DNA of 64,000 bases from an uncultured archaeon (GTDB taxonomy: Archaea > Asgardarchaeota > Thorarchaeia > Thorarchaeales > Thorarchaeaceae): positions 28,738 to 92,737 of the forward strand of contig CAZVZC010000002.1 in assembly GCA_964631415.1 (NCBI GenBank). The letters run 5' to 3'. This document shows, piece after piece, positions 20,821-30,652 of the stretch. The first letter of the stretch is position 1, and every line of letters begins with the position of its first letter. The notes beneath the pieces are model-generated. The model was not told the DNA's origin and made no database searches. It saw nothing but the letters and a program-made list of their open reading frames with translations. The position numbers and the translations under genes are program-made.

Positions 20821-21668
20821 TTAGGAGCATCTACATACTCGGACCTCAAAGTAATATGGTCTATTCAAAGGAGTATGCTAAGAGCGAATCGAGAGACACA
20901 ATAATCGAGTTCCTAGTCAACCTTGCTCATTTCCTCGGCTCAGTCGATCTTGAGAGCAAGACGGAGTACATGAGCTTCTCGACAGCAAGGATATTCTATA
21001 CCGTACGACGCGACTTCACGTTCATCTTCATGGCAGACAAGGCTGACGACGCAGCTCAGATTGAGGAAAGAATGGGACAACTCGTGACTACTTTCATGAA
21101 GGACTTCGCATCTCTGGCTGACGCGAATCTGCCCCTGGACGGCCTTGATGCCAAGGTGGACGAGATCGCAGTGACAATGGTCAAAGTCGCGATACTGGGA
21201 TACGCCGGCGTTGGCAAGACCACAACGCTTCATCTGCTGCGTGGAGAAACTCTCCCTCTCGTTCATGATCCGACAATTGGTGTTTCGATAAAGAAGCTGC
21301 CAGATGAGGTCCAGAACGCCAACATTGTTCTATGGGATTTGGCAGGCCAATCCAGGTTCAGCATCCTCTGGGCAAAGATGATAGCAAATGCTCAGGTCGT
21401 CATCATCGTGACAGACAGTACATTAGAGAATGTCCTGCGCAGCAAGAAGCTCGTTTCGTTGGTAAAGGAAGAGGTACCTGAGGCGAAGGTCATAGGAATC
21501 GCCAACAAGCAGGACTTACCGACAGCGCTGACGCCTGAGAGGGTGGGCCAGATTCTTGCTATTCCCACCTATGAACTCGTTGCGATAGACATCTCTTACA
21601 GAGACCGCCTGATTCAGATCATCCGAAGAGCCATACTCGAAGGAAAGGCCGAAACCAAGCAGTCCTGA
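20817..21668 (+). CDS. Longin-domain-fused small GTPase (Arf/Ras superfamily)
   Basis: MIRSIYIL...VYSKEY longin-like start; G1 GYAGVGKTT, G2 PTIG, G3 WDLAGQ, G4 NKQD. Confidence 0.9.
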   Translation: MIRSIYILGPQSNMVYSKEYAKSESRDTIIEFLVNLAHFLGSVDLESKTEYMSFSTARIFYTVRRDFTFIFMADKADDAAQIEERMGQLVTTFMKDFASLADANLPLDGLDAKVDEIAVTMVKVAILGYAGVGKTTTLHLLRGETLPLVHDPTIGVSIKKLPDEVQNANIVLWDLAGQSRFSILWAKMIANAQVVIIVTDSTLENVLRSKKLVSLVKEEVPEAKVIGIANKQDLPTALTPERVGQILAIPTYELVAIDISYRDRLIQIIRRAILEGKAETKQS

Positions 21669-21779
21669 GAATCGCCTGCAGATTCTCGGCGCCCGGATAA
21701 TGGTGTTGATGACGGCAAAGGTTAAGAACGACAATCCAGCCTTAGCATAAGACAGAGGCTGTTCCGTAGGTGAGTATTC

Positions 21780-22379
21780 ATGGCCTTTGATTTTAGTGCT
21801 ATTCAAAGACAGATGGAAGAACTGAACCAGAAGCTCAAGGCTATCGAGAGCTTCGCAAACAAGGTTGCTGAAACCAAGAAATTGACTGACCAGCTGGCAG
21901 AGAACTTTGCAAGAATGAAGACCGCTCTCAATCAGGCGATGAACCAGAGCTTCTCTGAGATCGCTGACCAGATTGAGAACCTGAGACGCAACATGGAGAG
22001 CATGGAGAAAGTTCACGCCAGTCCCTCGGTGGCTCCGATCATTATGCCGACTCCTGCACCGGCTCCGACTCCAGCTCCGACACCCAAGCCGACACCGACT
22101 CCCGGAACGAAGCCTGCGCCGGCTCCAACCCCGAAGCCAGCTCCAACCGCCAAAATGGCACCAACTCCTCCTCCCGCTCCTGCACCAGCTCCGGCAGCAG
22201 GCGGAAGTGACCAGCTCGACGTCTTACTTCAACAGAAGGATCGGCTGAAGGCGTCGCTCACTGATCTACGCTTCGACTACATGAGAGGCTACATACCCGA
22301 GGATGAGTACAAGACAAAAGAGGCAGACCTTGACTCTCAGCTGGAGGATCTGGATCGACAGATTGCTGGGGTCAAGTGA
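21780..22379 (+). CDS. Coiled coil + Pro/Ala/Thr-rich linker + helical hairpin (L..DY..G.I.E.EY; CdvA/steadiness-box-like)
   Basis: Heptad N-terminus, PTPAP repeats, C-terminal LRFDYMRGYIPEDEYK; GGTGA SD upstream. Confidence 0.75.
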   Translation: MAFDFSAIQRQMEELNQKLKAIESFANKVAETKKLTDQLAENFARMKTALNQAMNQSFSEIADQIENLRRNMESMEKVHASPSVAPIIMPTPAPAPTPAPTPKPTPTPGTKPAPAPTPKPAPTAKMAPTPPPAPAPAPAAGGSDQLDVLLQQKDRLKASLTDLRFDYMRGYIPEDEYKTKEADLDSQLEDLDRQIAGVK

Positions 22380-22602
22380 AAGATAGAACTCTTCGTAAGG
22401 ACGAACATCTCAGCCGCGCACTAGAGCCGCGGCCCTTCTTCTCATCAAGGTGCCTGTAGTTCTCCGAAGAAAAGAGTCCGTCAAACTAGACCTTGGTCAT
22501 TCCTCTTCTTCGCTATCCCTTTCTCATCCTGTGATACATCTATTGGCTTCGCAGGCGATACGCGACAGATTGATCCCTAGCAGGCGGTTGCAGAGTGTCC
22601 AG

Positions 22603-23523
22603 CTACTCGGCCTTCTTCTTAGCTTGCTTCGCAGGCTTCTCACTGCTTGACTCGGGCTTCTTCCTAGGCCGGGGCTTCTCAGCCTTGGCCTCTGTTTTCG
22701 GAGCAGGCTTGCTGGGCTTCGCACCAGTTGGCTCGGCCTTCTTCCTAGCTCTGGGTTTTTCTTCGGCTGCTTCCACCTTCACCGCAGCGGCTGGCTTGGC
22801 AGGCTCTGCCGCGGGCCTCTTCTTGGGTCGAGGTCTCTCTTCCGCCACTTCCGTCTTCGGACTGACGGTCTCAGCGGTGATGACGGGCGTTTCTGGTTCA
22901 ACCGCTTTCTTCGCAGGAGCCGCCTCCGGCCCAAGCTCCGGTTTGCCAACACGTGCCTCTGGGAATGGCTCCCTCCGAGCTCTCTCTGGTTCACCGATAG
23001 GTGGGATGATTTCTTCCTCTCGTTCTTCTTCGAGGGGTTCGACGACGACCTCAGGCCTCTTATCATGGACCTTCTCCTTTCGTTCTCCGGCCTCACGTCT
23101 CTGTCTTGCGAGTCTGCTCGGCTTTACTGTCGTGATGCTTGCCGCCGCGGCAAGAGCGGCCTCCATCTCGTCCGTCATCAAACGCTCAGAAGGCGTTGAT
23201 CCTGCAACTTCCTCGAGTGCATCTCCTATGAGCACAGATCGTCCTGATGCGCGTCTCTCGAGCTCAGCTGGGAGGCTATATGCAACAAAGCCACCATCCC
23301 GGACGTAAGCAACCATACTGCCATCGGCCTCTCGTTGTCTCAGGATGCCCTTCGCAACACTCATCCTGACACCAAAACGGTTGGCAATGTCGTACACCGT
23401 AGTGTGTTTTGTCTTCTTGAGATACTCGGCGATCTCTTGCATTGTTTCGGGCTTTGGAACGGCTTCACGAACGAGCCGCTCAGTCTTAGTGGCAGTCTTT
23501 CCCCACTTCTTCCTGACGGACAC
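22603..23523 (-). CDS. rps25e: Ribosomal protein eS25 with a ~220-aa low-complexity C-terminal extension
   Basis: RKKWGK...TVYDIANRFGVRMSVAKGILRQ...Y matches the eS25 winged helix. GTG start follows GGAG. Confidence 0.8.
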   Translation of the reverse strand: MSVRKKWGKTATKTERLVREAVPKPETMQEIAEYLKKTKHTTVYDIANRFGVRMSVAKGILRQREADGSMVAYVRDGGFVAYSLPAELERRASGRSVLIGDALEEVAGSTPSERLMTDEMEAALAAAASITTVKPSRLARQRREAGERKEKVHDKRPEVVVEPLEEEREEEIIPPIGEPERARREPFPEARVGKPELGPEAAPAKKAVEPETPVITAETVSPKTEVAEERPRPKKRPAAEPAKPAAAVKVEAAEEKPRARKKAEPTGAKPSKPAPKTEAKAEKPRPRKKPESSSEKPAKQAKKKAE

Positions 23524-23660
23524 AGAGTCACTCTCCAAATGATTCCGGACGGGGTCTCGGCGGATGACCCGGAACTTGGCTTTTAAACATGCTCATGGGA
23601 CAGCCACCTCGGCTCTGAGTCCGAAGGGGCTATTAACTCCAGCAGACAAGGAACGGAAGG

Positions 23661-24332
23661 TTGACGTTGACAGGTCGGAAGCATACCCCGCCGGACTTGG
23701 AGTCTCTGGTTTCCAGACTCGTCCGCCATGCCTATCCAGAGCTCTTGGACCACCGTCTCACAATGCGATGGTCAAGAATCTCATCTTTTGCAGAAGTGAG
23801 ATGGGACAATCACCAGAGGCGCGTTTCCATTACATGTGATCTCACCACGAGAGCCTGGCATGAAGGAGCCCTGTTCGGTCTCCTGTCCCATGAACTCAGC
23901 CATCCAATCTCGGAAGGCACACGCCCCGTGGAGGCTCGGACTGACTTGGATGTGATAGACAGAGGGCTGGGTGTCTATCTCGCGACAGAGAGGGTCACGA
24001 CTGGGCGGTACAAGGACCAAGCGACGCACAGGGGCCGCGACAGGTACTATGGATATCGGTCAATCCGGGAGCGACTGAATCGTCAGGAAACAGCTCAGCT
24101 GGATCACCTGCTTGACGATCTGAGAATCGTGCCCTCGATTTCCTCCGACGGAGGAATGGACAGGATTCACGACATAGCGGTGGTCGAGGACGAACGTGGA
24201 CAATTGTCTGTGGGAGGATACCTATTCCGGGGTCTCCAGATACCTTCCTCATCAGGCGTCAAGCTGGTCATCAGGGGTGACGTGGCCTATCTGTATGTGA
24301 ATGACAGGATAGTAGGACAGTCCAGTCTTTAG
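23661..24332 (+). CDS. Putative zinc metallopeptidase-like protein
   Basis: LLSHELSH (HExxH) followed by E..TD...I.RGLG. Confidence 0.6.
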   Translation: MTLTGRKHTPPDLESLVSRLVRHAYPELLDHRLTMRWSRISSFAEVRWDNHQRRVSITCDLTTRAWHEGALFGLLSHELSHPISEGTRPVEARTDLDVIDRGLGVYLATERVTTGRYKDQATHRGRDRYYGYRSIRERLNRQETAQLDHLLDDLRIVPSISSDGGMDRIHDIAVVEDERGQLSVGGYLFRGLQIPSSSGVKLVIRGDVAYLYVNDRIVGQSSL

Positions 24333-24346
24333 CCATCAGACTGCCA

Positions 24347-25636
24347 CTAGCTCGTCTTGCTTTCGGAACGTCTTGTGACCGTGATGTTGTGCTGTGCCTG
24401 GACATCACTGTCAGGCGGGATGTCCTGATCGATGATGCATCCAGCTGAGATGACGCTGTTCTCTCCTATCCGTGTCGCGGGATATACCGATGTATTGACT
24501 CCGATGACAACATTGTCCCCGATTATGGCTCCAAACTTACTCAGAGGTATTCGTACAGCTTCAGGACCGTCCAGATAGAGAGGCTGGCCACCCGGACGCC
24601 AGTTCCACAGCTGTGCCCCGGCTTCGATACAGCTGTCTGCACCCACGATCGAATCGGCGAGGAAAGTCAATCTCCCTATGTTGACCCTCTCAAAGACCAT
24701 GCTGTTTCTGACCTCGACAGCGTAGCCAAGGTGGACGCCGTCGCACAGACTAGCGTAGTCCCTCACAAGTGAGTTGTTGCCCACGTACACTCTCTTGCCA
24801 ATGTAGGCAGGACCCCGTACTGTGGTGCCCGGTCGAATGATGCTGCCCTCGTCGATGAACACGGGTCCTTCCAAGACAACATTCTTGTGGATCTCAGCTG
24901 ACTCTGCTATGAATGTTCCATACCCCCTGAGCTTCCTATCCATCACGATCCTATTGGCTTTCAGAATGTCCCAGGGCCAAGTGAACTCAGCCCATTCTTT
25001 CTCCCACACAGCCGCGTTCACCTTTTTCTTGCTCGTGATCATGCCCTCGATTGTGCCTTCTAGCGTCTTGTGCTTCTCAAGTAGCGGAAATATGCCGCGG
25101 TTGAAAACAGAAACCCCGGCCACTGCATAGTTGCTCACATAGCGGTCTGGGCCGCCCTTTTCCACAAGACGCTCTACCACGCCGTCCCGGCCAATCCGGA
25201 CTGTGCCATACTGCTCAGGGTTTGATACGAGCGTGACCAGCATAGTGGCATAGGCGTCAGCATTACGGTGATTGTCAAGTGTACGAGACACCATTTCCGG
25301 CTCCACAAGGACATCTCCGTACACTAGCAGAAACTCCTCTTCATCGGCCAGCTCCTCCTTCGCACACAAGATCGCGTTTTCCGTGCCCACCTGCTGCAAC
25401 TGATGAACATACCTAATGCTGATGTTCTGGTCGCCACCTTGCTGGAAATGACTCATTAGCTCGTCTTTCCCATGACCCACCACTAAGACTATGTCCCTGA
25501 CGCCATTGTCCTTCAGGCTGTCTACTATGTATTGCAGGACCGGTTTTCCAGCAATCATCAGCATGGACTTGGACCGATTCGCGGTAAGAGGCCTCAGACG
25601 ATTGCCTGTTCCCGCAGTGAGGACAAGTGCCTTCAT
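24347..25636 (-). CDS. Sugar-1-phosphate nucleotidyltransferase/acetyltransferase (archaeal GlmU-like)
   Basis: LTAGTGNRLRPLT..RSK NTP-transferase motif plus hexapeptide repeats (KFGAIIGDNV.IG). Confidence 0.9.
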   Translation of the reverse strand: MKALVLTAGTGNRLRPLTANRSKSMLMIAGKPVLQYIVDSLKDNGVRDIVLVVGHGKDELMSHFQQGGDQNISIRYVHQLQQVGTENAILCAKEELADEEEFLLVYGDVLVEPEMVSRTLDNHRNADAYATMLVTLVSNPEQYGTVRIGRDGVVERLVEKGGPDRYVSNYAVAGVSVFNRGIFPLLEKHKTLEGTIEGMITSKKKVNAAVWEKEWAEFTWPWDILKANRIVMDRKLRGYGTFIAESAEIHKNVVLEGPVFIDEGSIIRPGTTVRGPAYIGKRVYVGNNSLVRDYASLCDGVHLGYAVEVRNSMVFERVNIGRLTFLADSIVGADSCIEAGAQLWNWRPGGQPLYLDGPEAVRIPLSKFGAIIGDNVVIGVNTSVYPATRIGENSVISAGCIIDQDIPPDSDVQAQHNITVTRRSESKTS

Positions 25637-25698
25637 CTAGCTCACACCGTGCATCCACGAACCCTTGCTGGGATAAAACCTTTGGTCAGCGGCTAGTT

Positions 25699-26427
25699 TC
25701 AGCGGTCCAAGAGCGAAAAGTAGATTCTCTGCTTTCCGGCGCCCATGTTCTTGTTCTTACCAATCTGAATCTTACCGACCTCTTGCGTGTTCGCCACGTG
25801 TGTCCCTGCACAAGAGGAAGCGTCGAAGTCGCCTATGATTAGAACACGGAACTCAGTGACAGACTCGGGCACCATCTCCATATACCTCACCTGATACCCT
25901 GCCTGCTTCAGGAAAAGCAATGCCTGTTGGCGAGGCATGAAGCGAGTTTCGACTCTCATGTTTCTCGCGAGAACAGCGTTGATACCGTCCTCGACAGAAC
26001 GCTTCATGTCATCTGTAAAACGTTCTATAGGATGGTAGTCAGCTCTGCTCTCGCCAGGTTTGACCATGTTTCCGACAGTTTCCAGTCTGTAGTTCAGCTG
26101 GAGATATCGTGAAAGTACATGCTGGGCTGTGTGAAAACGCATACACTGGTACCGCCATCCCCAGTCCAGCACCCCATGGACTTGGGGTCCGAACCCGTGA
26201 GGAATGCTGCCAATGACAATGTGATGGACTTCGCCGTCCACTTTCTTCGTGTCCGACACTTGAAGGTTCGTACGTCCGTCACTCAGTGTGCCATGGTCCC
26301 CCACCTGTCCCCCACCCTCAGGGTAGAATGCAGTACGGTCGAGGATGACTGCAGTCTCGAGTGATTTCACTATTCGCGCATCGAACTCCCGAAGGTAGTT
26401 GTCCCGCATATGAAGGAGATCTGTCAT
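25699..26427 (-). CDS. alaX: Alanyl-tRNA editing protein AlaX (AlaX-M type)
   Basis: TAFYPEGGGQ.GD.G, RFHTAQH and CAGTH Zn motifs. Confidence 0.92.
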   Translation of the reverse strand: MTDLLHMRDNYLREFDARIVKSLETAVILDRTAFYPEGGGQVGDHGTLSDGRTNLQVSDTKKVDGEVHHIVIGSIPHGFGPQVHGVLDWGWRYQCMRFHTAQHVLSRYLQLNYRLETVGNMVKPGESRADYHPIERFTDDMKRSVEDGINAVLARNMRVETRFMPRQQALLFLKQAGYQVRYMEMVPESVTEFRVLIIGDFDASSCAGTHVANTQEVGKIQIGKNKNMGAGKQRIYFSLLDR

Positions 26428-26439
26428 CTATTGACTCCT

Positions 26440-26955
26440 CTAACGGCCGGCAGTTCTCATGCGCTTCCACTCAAGAGTCGCAAGCTCCTTGGCCTTTGTG
26501 AGGTCCGGACCTTTCAACCCCACCTGAGCGCTCTCGGCTGCGGCTTGCACAATCTCTTGCACCTCACTTTCGCTTCCCGCCTCCTTCACGCCTGACAGTA
26601 TAGCACTTGTCATATCCTCGGCGACACCATGCTCGCTGAGGAACTCAGCGAATGGCGTGAACATGACAGGCACGTAGCCAGAATCATGTGACGGCTCCAA
26701 ACCCACGGTTCTCATCTTGCTCTCGAACAGCTGAGTAATCACTTCTTGACGAGACCTCGTTGGAGGAACTGCGATGGGTTTGCCTTTGTCGAGCGCAGTC
26801 ATCATCCTGAAGACATGCTTCATCAGGGGTGCCTTTGCACGCCCACTGGGCTTCCTTCTCCGCTTGACACCTCCCGCGATCAGCACAATGACGACAGCAA
26901 GGACCAGAATCACCAAAGGATTCTGCATCATGGCTAGAATTTCAGTGACCTGCAT
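26440..26955 (-). CDS. Single-pass membrane protein of unknown function
   Basis: N-terminal hydrophobic helix followed by KRRRK; co-oriented with alaX. Confidence 0.7.
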   Translation of the reverse strand: MQVTEILAMMQNPLVILVLAVVIVLIAGGVKRRRKPSGRAKAPLMKHVFRMMTALDKGKPIAVPPTRSRQEVITQLFESKMRTVGLEPSHDSGYVPVMFTPFAEFLSEHGVAEDMTSAILSGVKEAGSESEVQEIVQAAAESAQVGLKGPDLTKAKELATLEWKRMRTAGR

Positions 26956-27105
26956 GCAGACCTGCCCCTGAGCCTAGAGCCTTATCGAAGCCGGTGCTAC
27001 ACAACGTCAACTTTAATGTTTCTGCGAGCTTGGCCGGTGAGACATACCGAATGAGGAAGCATGATGAGGAGGAGTACAAGAGTGACAACATGCCAAACGG
27101 AGTCA

Positions 27106-28251
27106 CTACATAGCGAAATGCCGAGCGATTGTGAGATAGACATCGACAGATTTGAGCAACTGATTCACGGAGATGTATTCGTCAGGCTGGTGAGCCTGTT
27201 CAATGGACCCGGGTCCGCAAATCACGCTGACTATGCCGACCTTAGGTTGAAGGACCGAACAGTCGGTTCCAAAAGTGGCTGCGCGGAGCTTCAGTGTCTT
27301 ACCCATTATCTTGTGAACGGCTTGAGCAGCAACAGTGACTATCTCCGAGTCAGGTGGTGCCCTCACAGGAGGCTTCCCAAATACGTACTCGACACTCACG
27401 CGCTCCGAGAGGCCGGCAGACTGGAGCCTGTCCCTCATCTGCCCAAGCACGGAGTCTGGGGTCTGTCCCTTAACTAGACGCATGTCCACCAGAGCCTCGC
27501 ATTGGTCTGGGACAACATTAATCCTGATACCACCTTTGATTGTGCCGATGTTCACTGTTGGCCTGCCCATCATGTGATCGGCTTCGTACGCGTACCCTCG
27601 TTTGATGAGCACCCGGAGAGCGTCCATGCACATATTGATTGCATTCAACCCATTCTCGGGTCGAGAACCATGAGCAGCCTTGCCCACAGCACTGACACGA
27701 GTCCAAAGCATCCCTCGCTCGCCCACCAGGACGTCGAGATCAGTTGGTTCTGCACACACTCCGAACTTGGTCCCGGCCAGTTGTCCGCTCAGAGCAACAT
27801 CCTCAGCACCCAAGCATCCGCTCTCTTCGTCAGAAGTGGCCAACATGAGAAGTGGCCTTGATTGAGGCTCCTTGCTGTATTCTATGAGAGTTTCTGCCAG
27901 TGCAGCCATTGGCCCCTTCATGTCACAAGCCCCTCGACCATAGAGTCTGCCATTCACTACTTCAGACTCAAACGGGTCATGAGACCAAGACTCTCTTGCA
28001 CCCGCAGGTACTGTGTCCAGGTGACCGTGCAAAACCAGTTGGGCTTTGCCTGTTCTGCCGGATGAAAAAATCAGGTTTGGTCGCTCGGACCGTCCAACCT
28101 GAGTGCAGATAAGCCCATGAGCCTCCATGTGTTCCTTCAAGACTCGGGCCGCGTCCGCTTCCCTGCCCGGTGGGTTTTCTGAGTTGGTCGCAATCAGGTC
28201 TCGGGCCAGTTTCATCAAGCGAGTGCTGTCCGTCAAGATGATACCTAACAC
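27106..28251 (-). CDS. M20 family amidohydrolase (ArgE/DapE-like)
   Basis: HGHLDTVP, GRGACDMKG, DEESG, GKAAHGS, AHQPDE. Confidence 0.92.
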   Translation of the reverse strand: MLGIILTDSTRLMKLARDLIATNSENPPGREADAARVLKEHMEAHGLICTQVGRSERPNLIFSSGRTGKAQLVLHGHLDTVPAGARESWSHDPFESEVVNGRLYGRGACDMKGPMAALAETLIEYSKEPQSRPLLMLATSDEESGCLGAEDVALSGQLAGTKFGVCAEPTDLDVLVGERGMLWTRVSAVGKAAHGSRPENGLNAINMCMDALRVLIKRGYAYEADHMMGRPTVNIGTIKGGIRINVVPDQCEALVDMRLVKGQTPDSVLGQMRDRLQSAGLSERVSVEYVFGKPPVRAPPDSEIVTVAAQAVHKIMGKTLKLRAATFGTDCSVLQPKVGIVSVICGPGSIEQAHQPDEYISVNQLLKSVDVYLTIARHFAM

Positions 28252-28835
28252 ATCTCAAAGGGGGGGAGTGCTAAGAACATTCCTGACACGCGTTTCGGTC
28301 ATTTCATAAGTGCGAATGCTGTACAGACAGCAGGCGGTCAATGAGGCGGTTACCCCTGTCTGAGCTGTGAGCAATGACGAACCAAGAGCTTGCTGAGACT
28401 CGCCACCTTGAACTTATCGTGACTTGGTTGGTTGAAACCTGCCTGCCTAAGAAACAGCAGCGAGCCAACAGGCACAGCCAGCTGTCTTGCGATGAGTGGT
28501 CACGGCGACCCGAGTCCCCAATGACGCATCCCCAAAATGGGTCGCATCCATCTCATCATCTCTGGCACCTGAACTTGGCCCCTGCGCATGAAACAAGCAG
28601 GCCTCAACCATTGTGTCGAGCTCCAGGAAGCTATGATAGCGCGTAGCGGAAGGTTCGCGCAATAGCACAAGCCCGCCGAGAGTATATATAGCTGAGAGTG
28701 CCGGAAACAGCCCTAGAAAGGCTCAGACGTGCTCCCTGAAAGGTCACACATCATGTTGGTTGCCATGTGAAAAGAACTGCGGAAAACACAGACATTCCAC
28801 AGCCATGGAACTTAACAAACGGACAATGGACGAAC

Positions 28836-29039
28836 TCACTTGACCCGGAGTCCCTTGCTCTCAATGCTTGATCCAGCGAAGGGCGCTACGGTAAGAACAC
28901 CGTTCTTTCGCGATAGAGCCACCTTCTCTGACCCGGTGTCTATGACAACAGTTTCCCCCTCAGCGACAAATGCCCCGGTGTCGGCCGCGCATATCTTCTT
29001 CAAGATATCCTTGAGACATGACGAGTAACTCTCTGCCAC
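28836..29039 (-). CDS. Small hypothetical protein (67 aa)
   Basis: Protein-like composition downstream of the aldolase-Fae genes; no family recognised. Confidence 0.55.
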   Translation of the reverse strand: MAESYSSCLKDILKKICAADTGAFVAEGETVVIDTGSEKVALSRKNGVLTVAPFAGSSIESKGLRVK

Positions 29040-29171
29040 ATTTGAGGCATCCTAATTGGATGTGGTGACGCGTTTTGGCCTTTATCCGTGTAGGAGAGTT
29101 TCGCTTATAGAAGCATCTATGTCGTACCTATTAGATACGGCCTGCCAACGTCGTTCCTCCAATCGACTTGG

Positions 29172-30650
29172 CTACGGATTGTAGGCGAACGGATGCCGCG
29201 CAGACTCCCTTCTTGCCATGATCTCTTCTACTGACTGCCTTCGCTCTAGCGCGTGGCGTATAGCATATCTCACTGCGCGGAAGTTGTTGTAGAAGACCCT
29301 ACGTGGATTGTTGGCGTTCGGATGCACGAAAACGCTGACCGCAATGATGAGGTCAGGTACTAGCTCCTCAGGAATCATCCTATCCGTGATGGTCCTCGTG
29401 ACAGCATCTGCCACGGCCTTCTGGGCAGTTTCATAGACCATCTTTCTGTGGCGCTCACCTGTGATGGCGACAGTTGATGCGAAGACAGTTGTGGGACGCA
29501 CGTCTTTGACGATGTTCGACGAGTGGAATCCATCGACGAGTTTTCCTGAATTCGCCACCGCGGCTTGGAGTGGTCCATCCTTCAGACCCATCACAAGGTC
29601 GATATGAGCAACTTCAAGCGCCTCACCGCACAGAGCTTCTCCATGAAGAAGTGTGAGATCATCGATGACATCTCTTGTCATTCCTACGGCCTTGGGATAG
29701 GCTTCAGCCACGAGTGAGCGGTTGCCCATCTTGTAGGTCACGGGACCGCGTGGAATGAGCTGAAGGTCCTCGAGGAGAGCTCTCAACTCATCGATCTCAT
29801 CATAAGCCAGCAGATCACCGTCCATCAAGGGCATTCGCGCCTTGCCCACAGGGACTCCCATCATGTTGAGAGCTGCCTTGACCGCAAGGCCTCCACCCTT
29901 TACAAGAACCTTGACTGTCCTTTGGATGCTACGTTGGATGAGCCTCGCTTCCTTCAGGTCGCCCTGAGAGAGGTCGGTCATGATTCTCAAATAACGATCC
30001 AAGAAGACATTCGCGCTCGCCAGTACGGCTCCGTCACAACCCGCTGCAAGTGCAGGCAGTGCAATCTCGTCGTGGCCAACGACAATCTGAAACTCCTCTG
30101 GCCGACGGATTAGAATGCTCATGAGATTGATCATGTCGCCGCTAGAGTCCTTCATCCCAACGATACCGTCAATCTCACGGAGACCATCGACCAGCCACCA
30201 GTCGAGATTGACGCCAGTGACCTGTGGAAAGTTGTAGAGGAAGATTGGCAGTTCGCTAGAGCCTGCCACCTTCTCAAAGTGCTCGTAGATCTCCTTGGTG
30301 GATGGTTTCAGGTAGTATGGTGATATGACAAGGGCCGCAGACGCACCAAGTTCTGCAGCTTTTCGAGTGAGCTTGACGGCATCGTTCGTGTACGCGGCAC
30401 CGGTCCCGGCGAGGACAGGTACACGTCCCTTTGCTGCTTCACACGCGATGCGCAAAGCCTCTAGACGCTCCTCAAAGCTCATGTTTGTGAATTCGCCTGT
30501 CGAGCCACATGGAACAATGCCAGTGGCCCCAGCCTTGATGACATGGTCGATGAGACCCCGGTACTGCTGCTCGTTGACCCCATTCTCGTCGAAGGGTGTG
30601 ACAAGTGCTGGGTACACACCTTTGAACCGCCAAGAACTCCTTGACACCAT
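29172..30650 (-). CDS. DapA/NanA-family class I aldolase fused to a C-terminal formaldehyde-activating enzyme (Fae) domain, copy B
   Basis: GSTGEF, YNFP and GMKDSSG (Schiff-base Lys); C-terminal GEAL.G...EVAHIDL..G, VFVH, HPF Fae motifs; GGAGGTGA SD before ATG 30650. Confidence 0.88.
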   Translation of the reverse strand: MVSRSSWRFKGVYPALVTPFDENGVNEQQYRGLIDHVIKAGATGIVPCGSTGEFTNMSFEERLEALRIACEAAKGRVPVLAGTGAAYTNDAVKLTRKAAELGASAALVISPYYLKPSTKEIYEHFEKVAGSSELPIFLYNFPQVTGVNLDWWLVDGLREIDGIVGMKDSSGDMINLMSILIRRPEEFQIVVGHDEIALPALAAGCDGAVLASANVFLDRYLRIMTDLSQGDLKEARLIQRSIQRTVKVLVKGGGLAVKAALNMMGVPVGKARMPLMDGDLLAYDEIDELRALLEDLQLIPRGPVTYKMGNRSLVAEAYPKAVGMTRDVIDDLTLLHGEALCGEALEVAHIDLVMGLKDGPLQAAVANSGKLVDGFHSSNIVKDVRPTTVFASTVAITGERHRKMVYETAQKAVADAVTRTITDRMIPEELVPDLIIAVSVFVHPNANNPRRVFYNNFRAVRYAIRHALERRQSVEEIMARRESARHPFAYNP

Positions 30651-30652
30651 TG

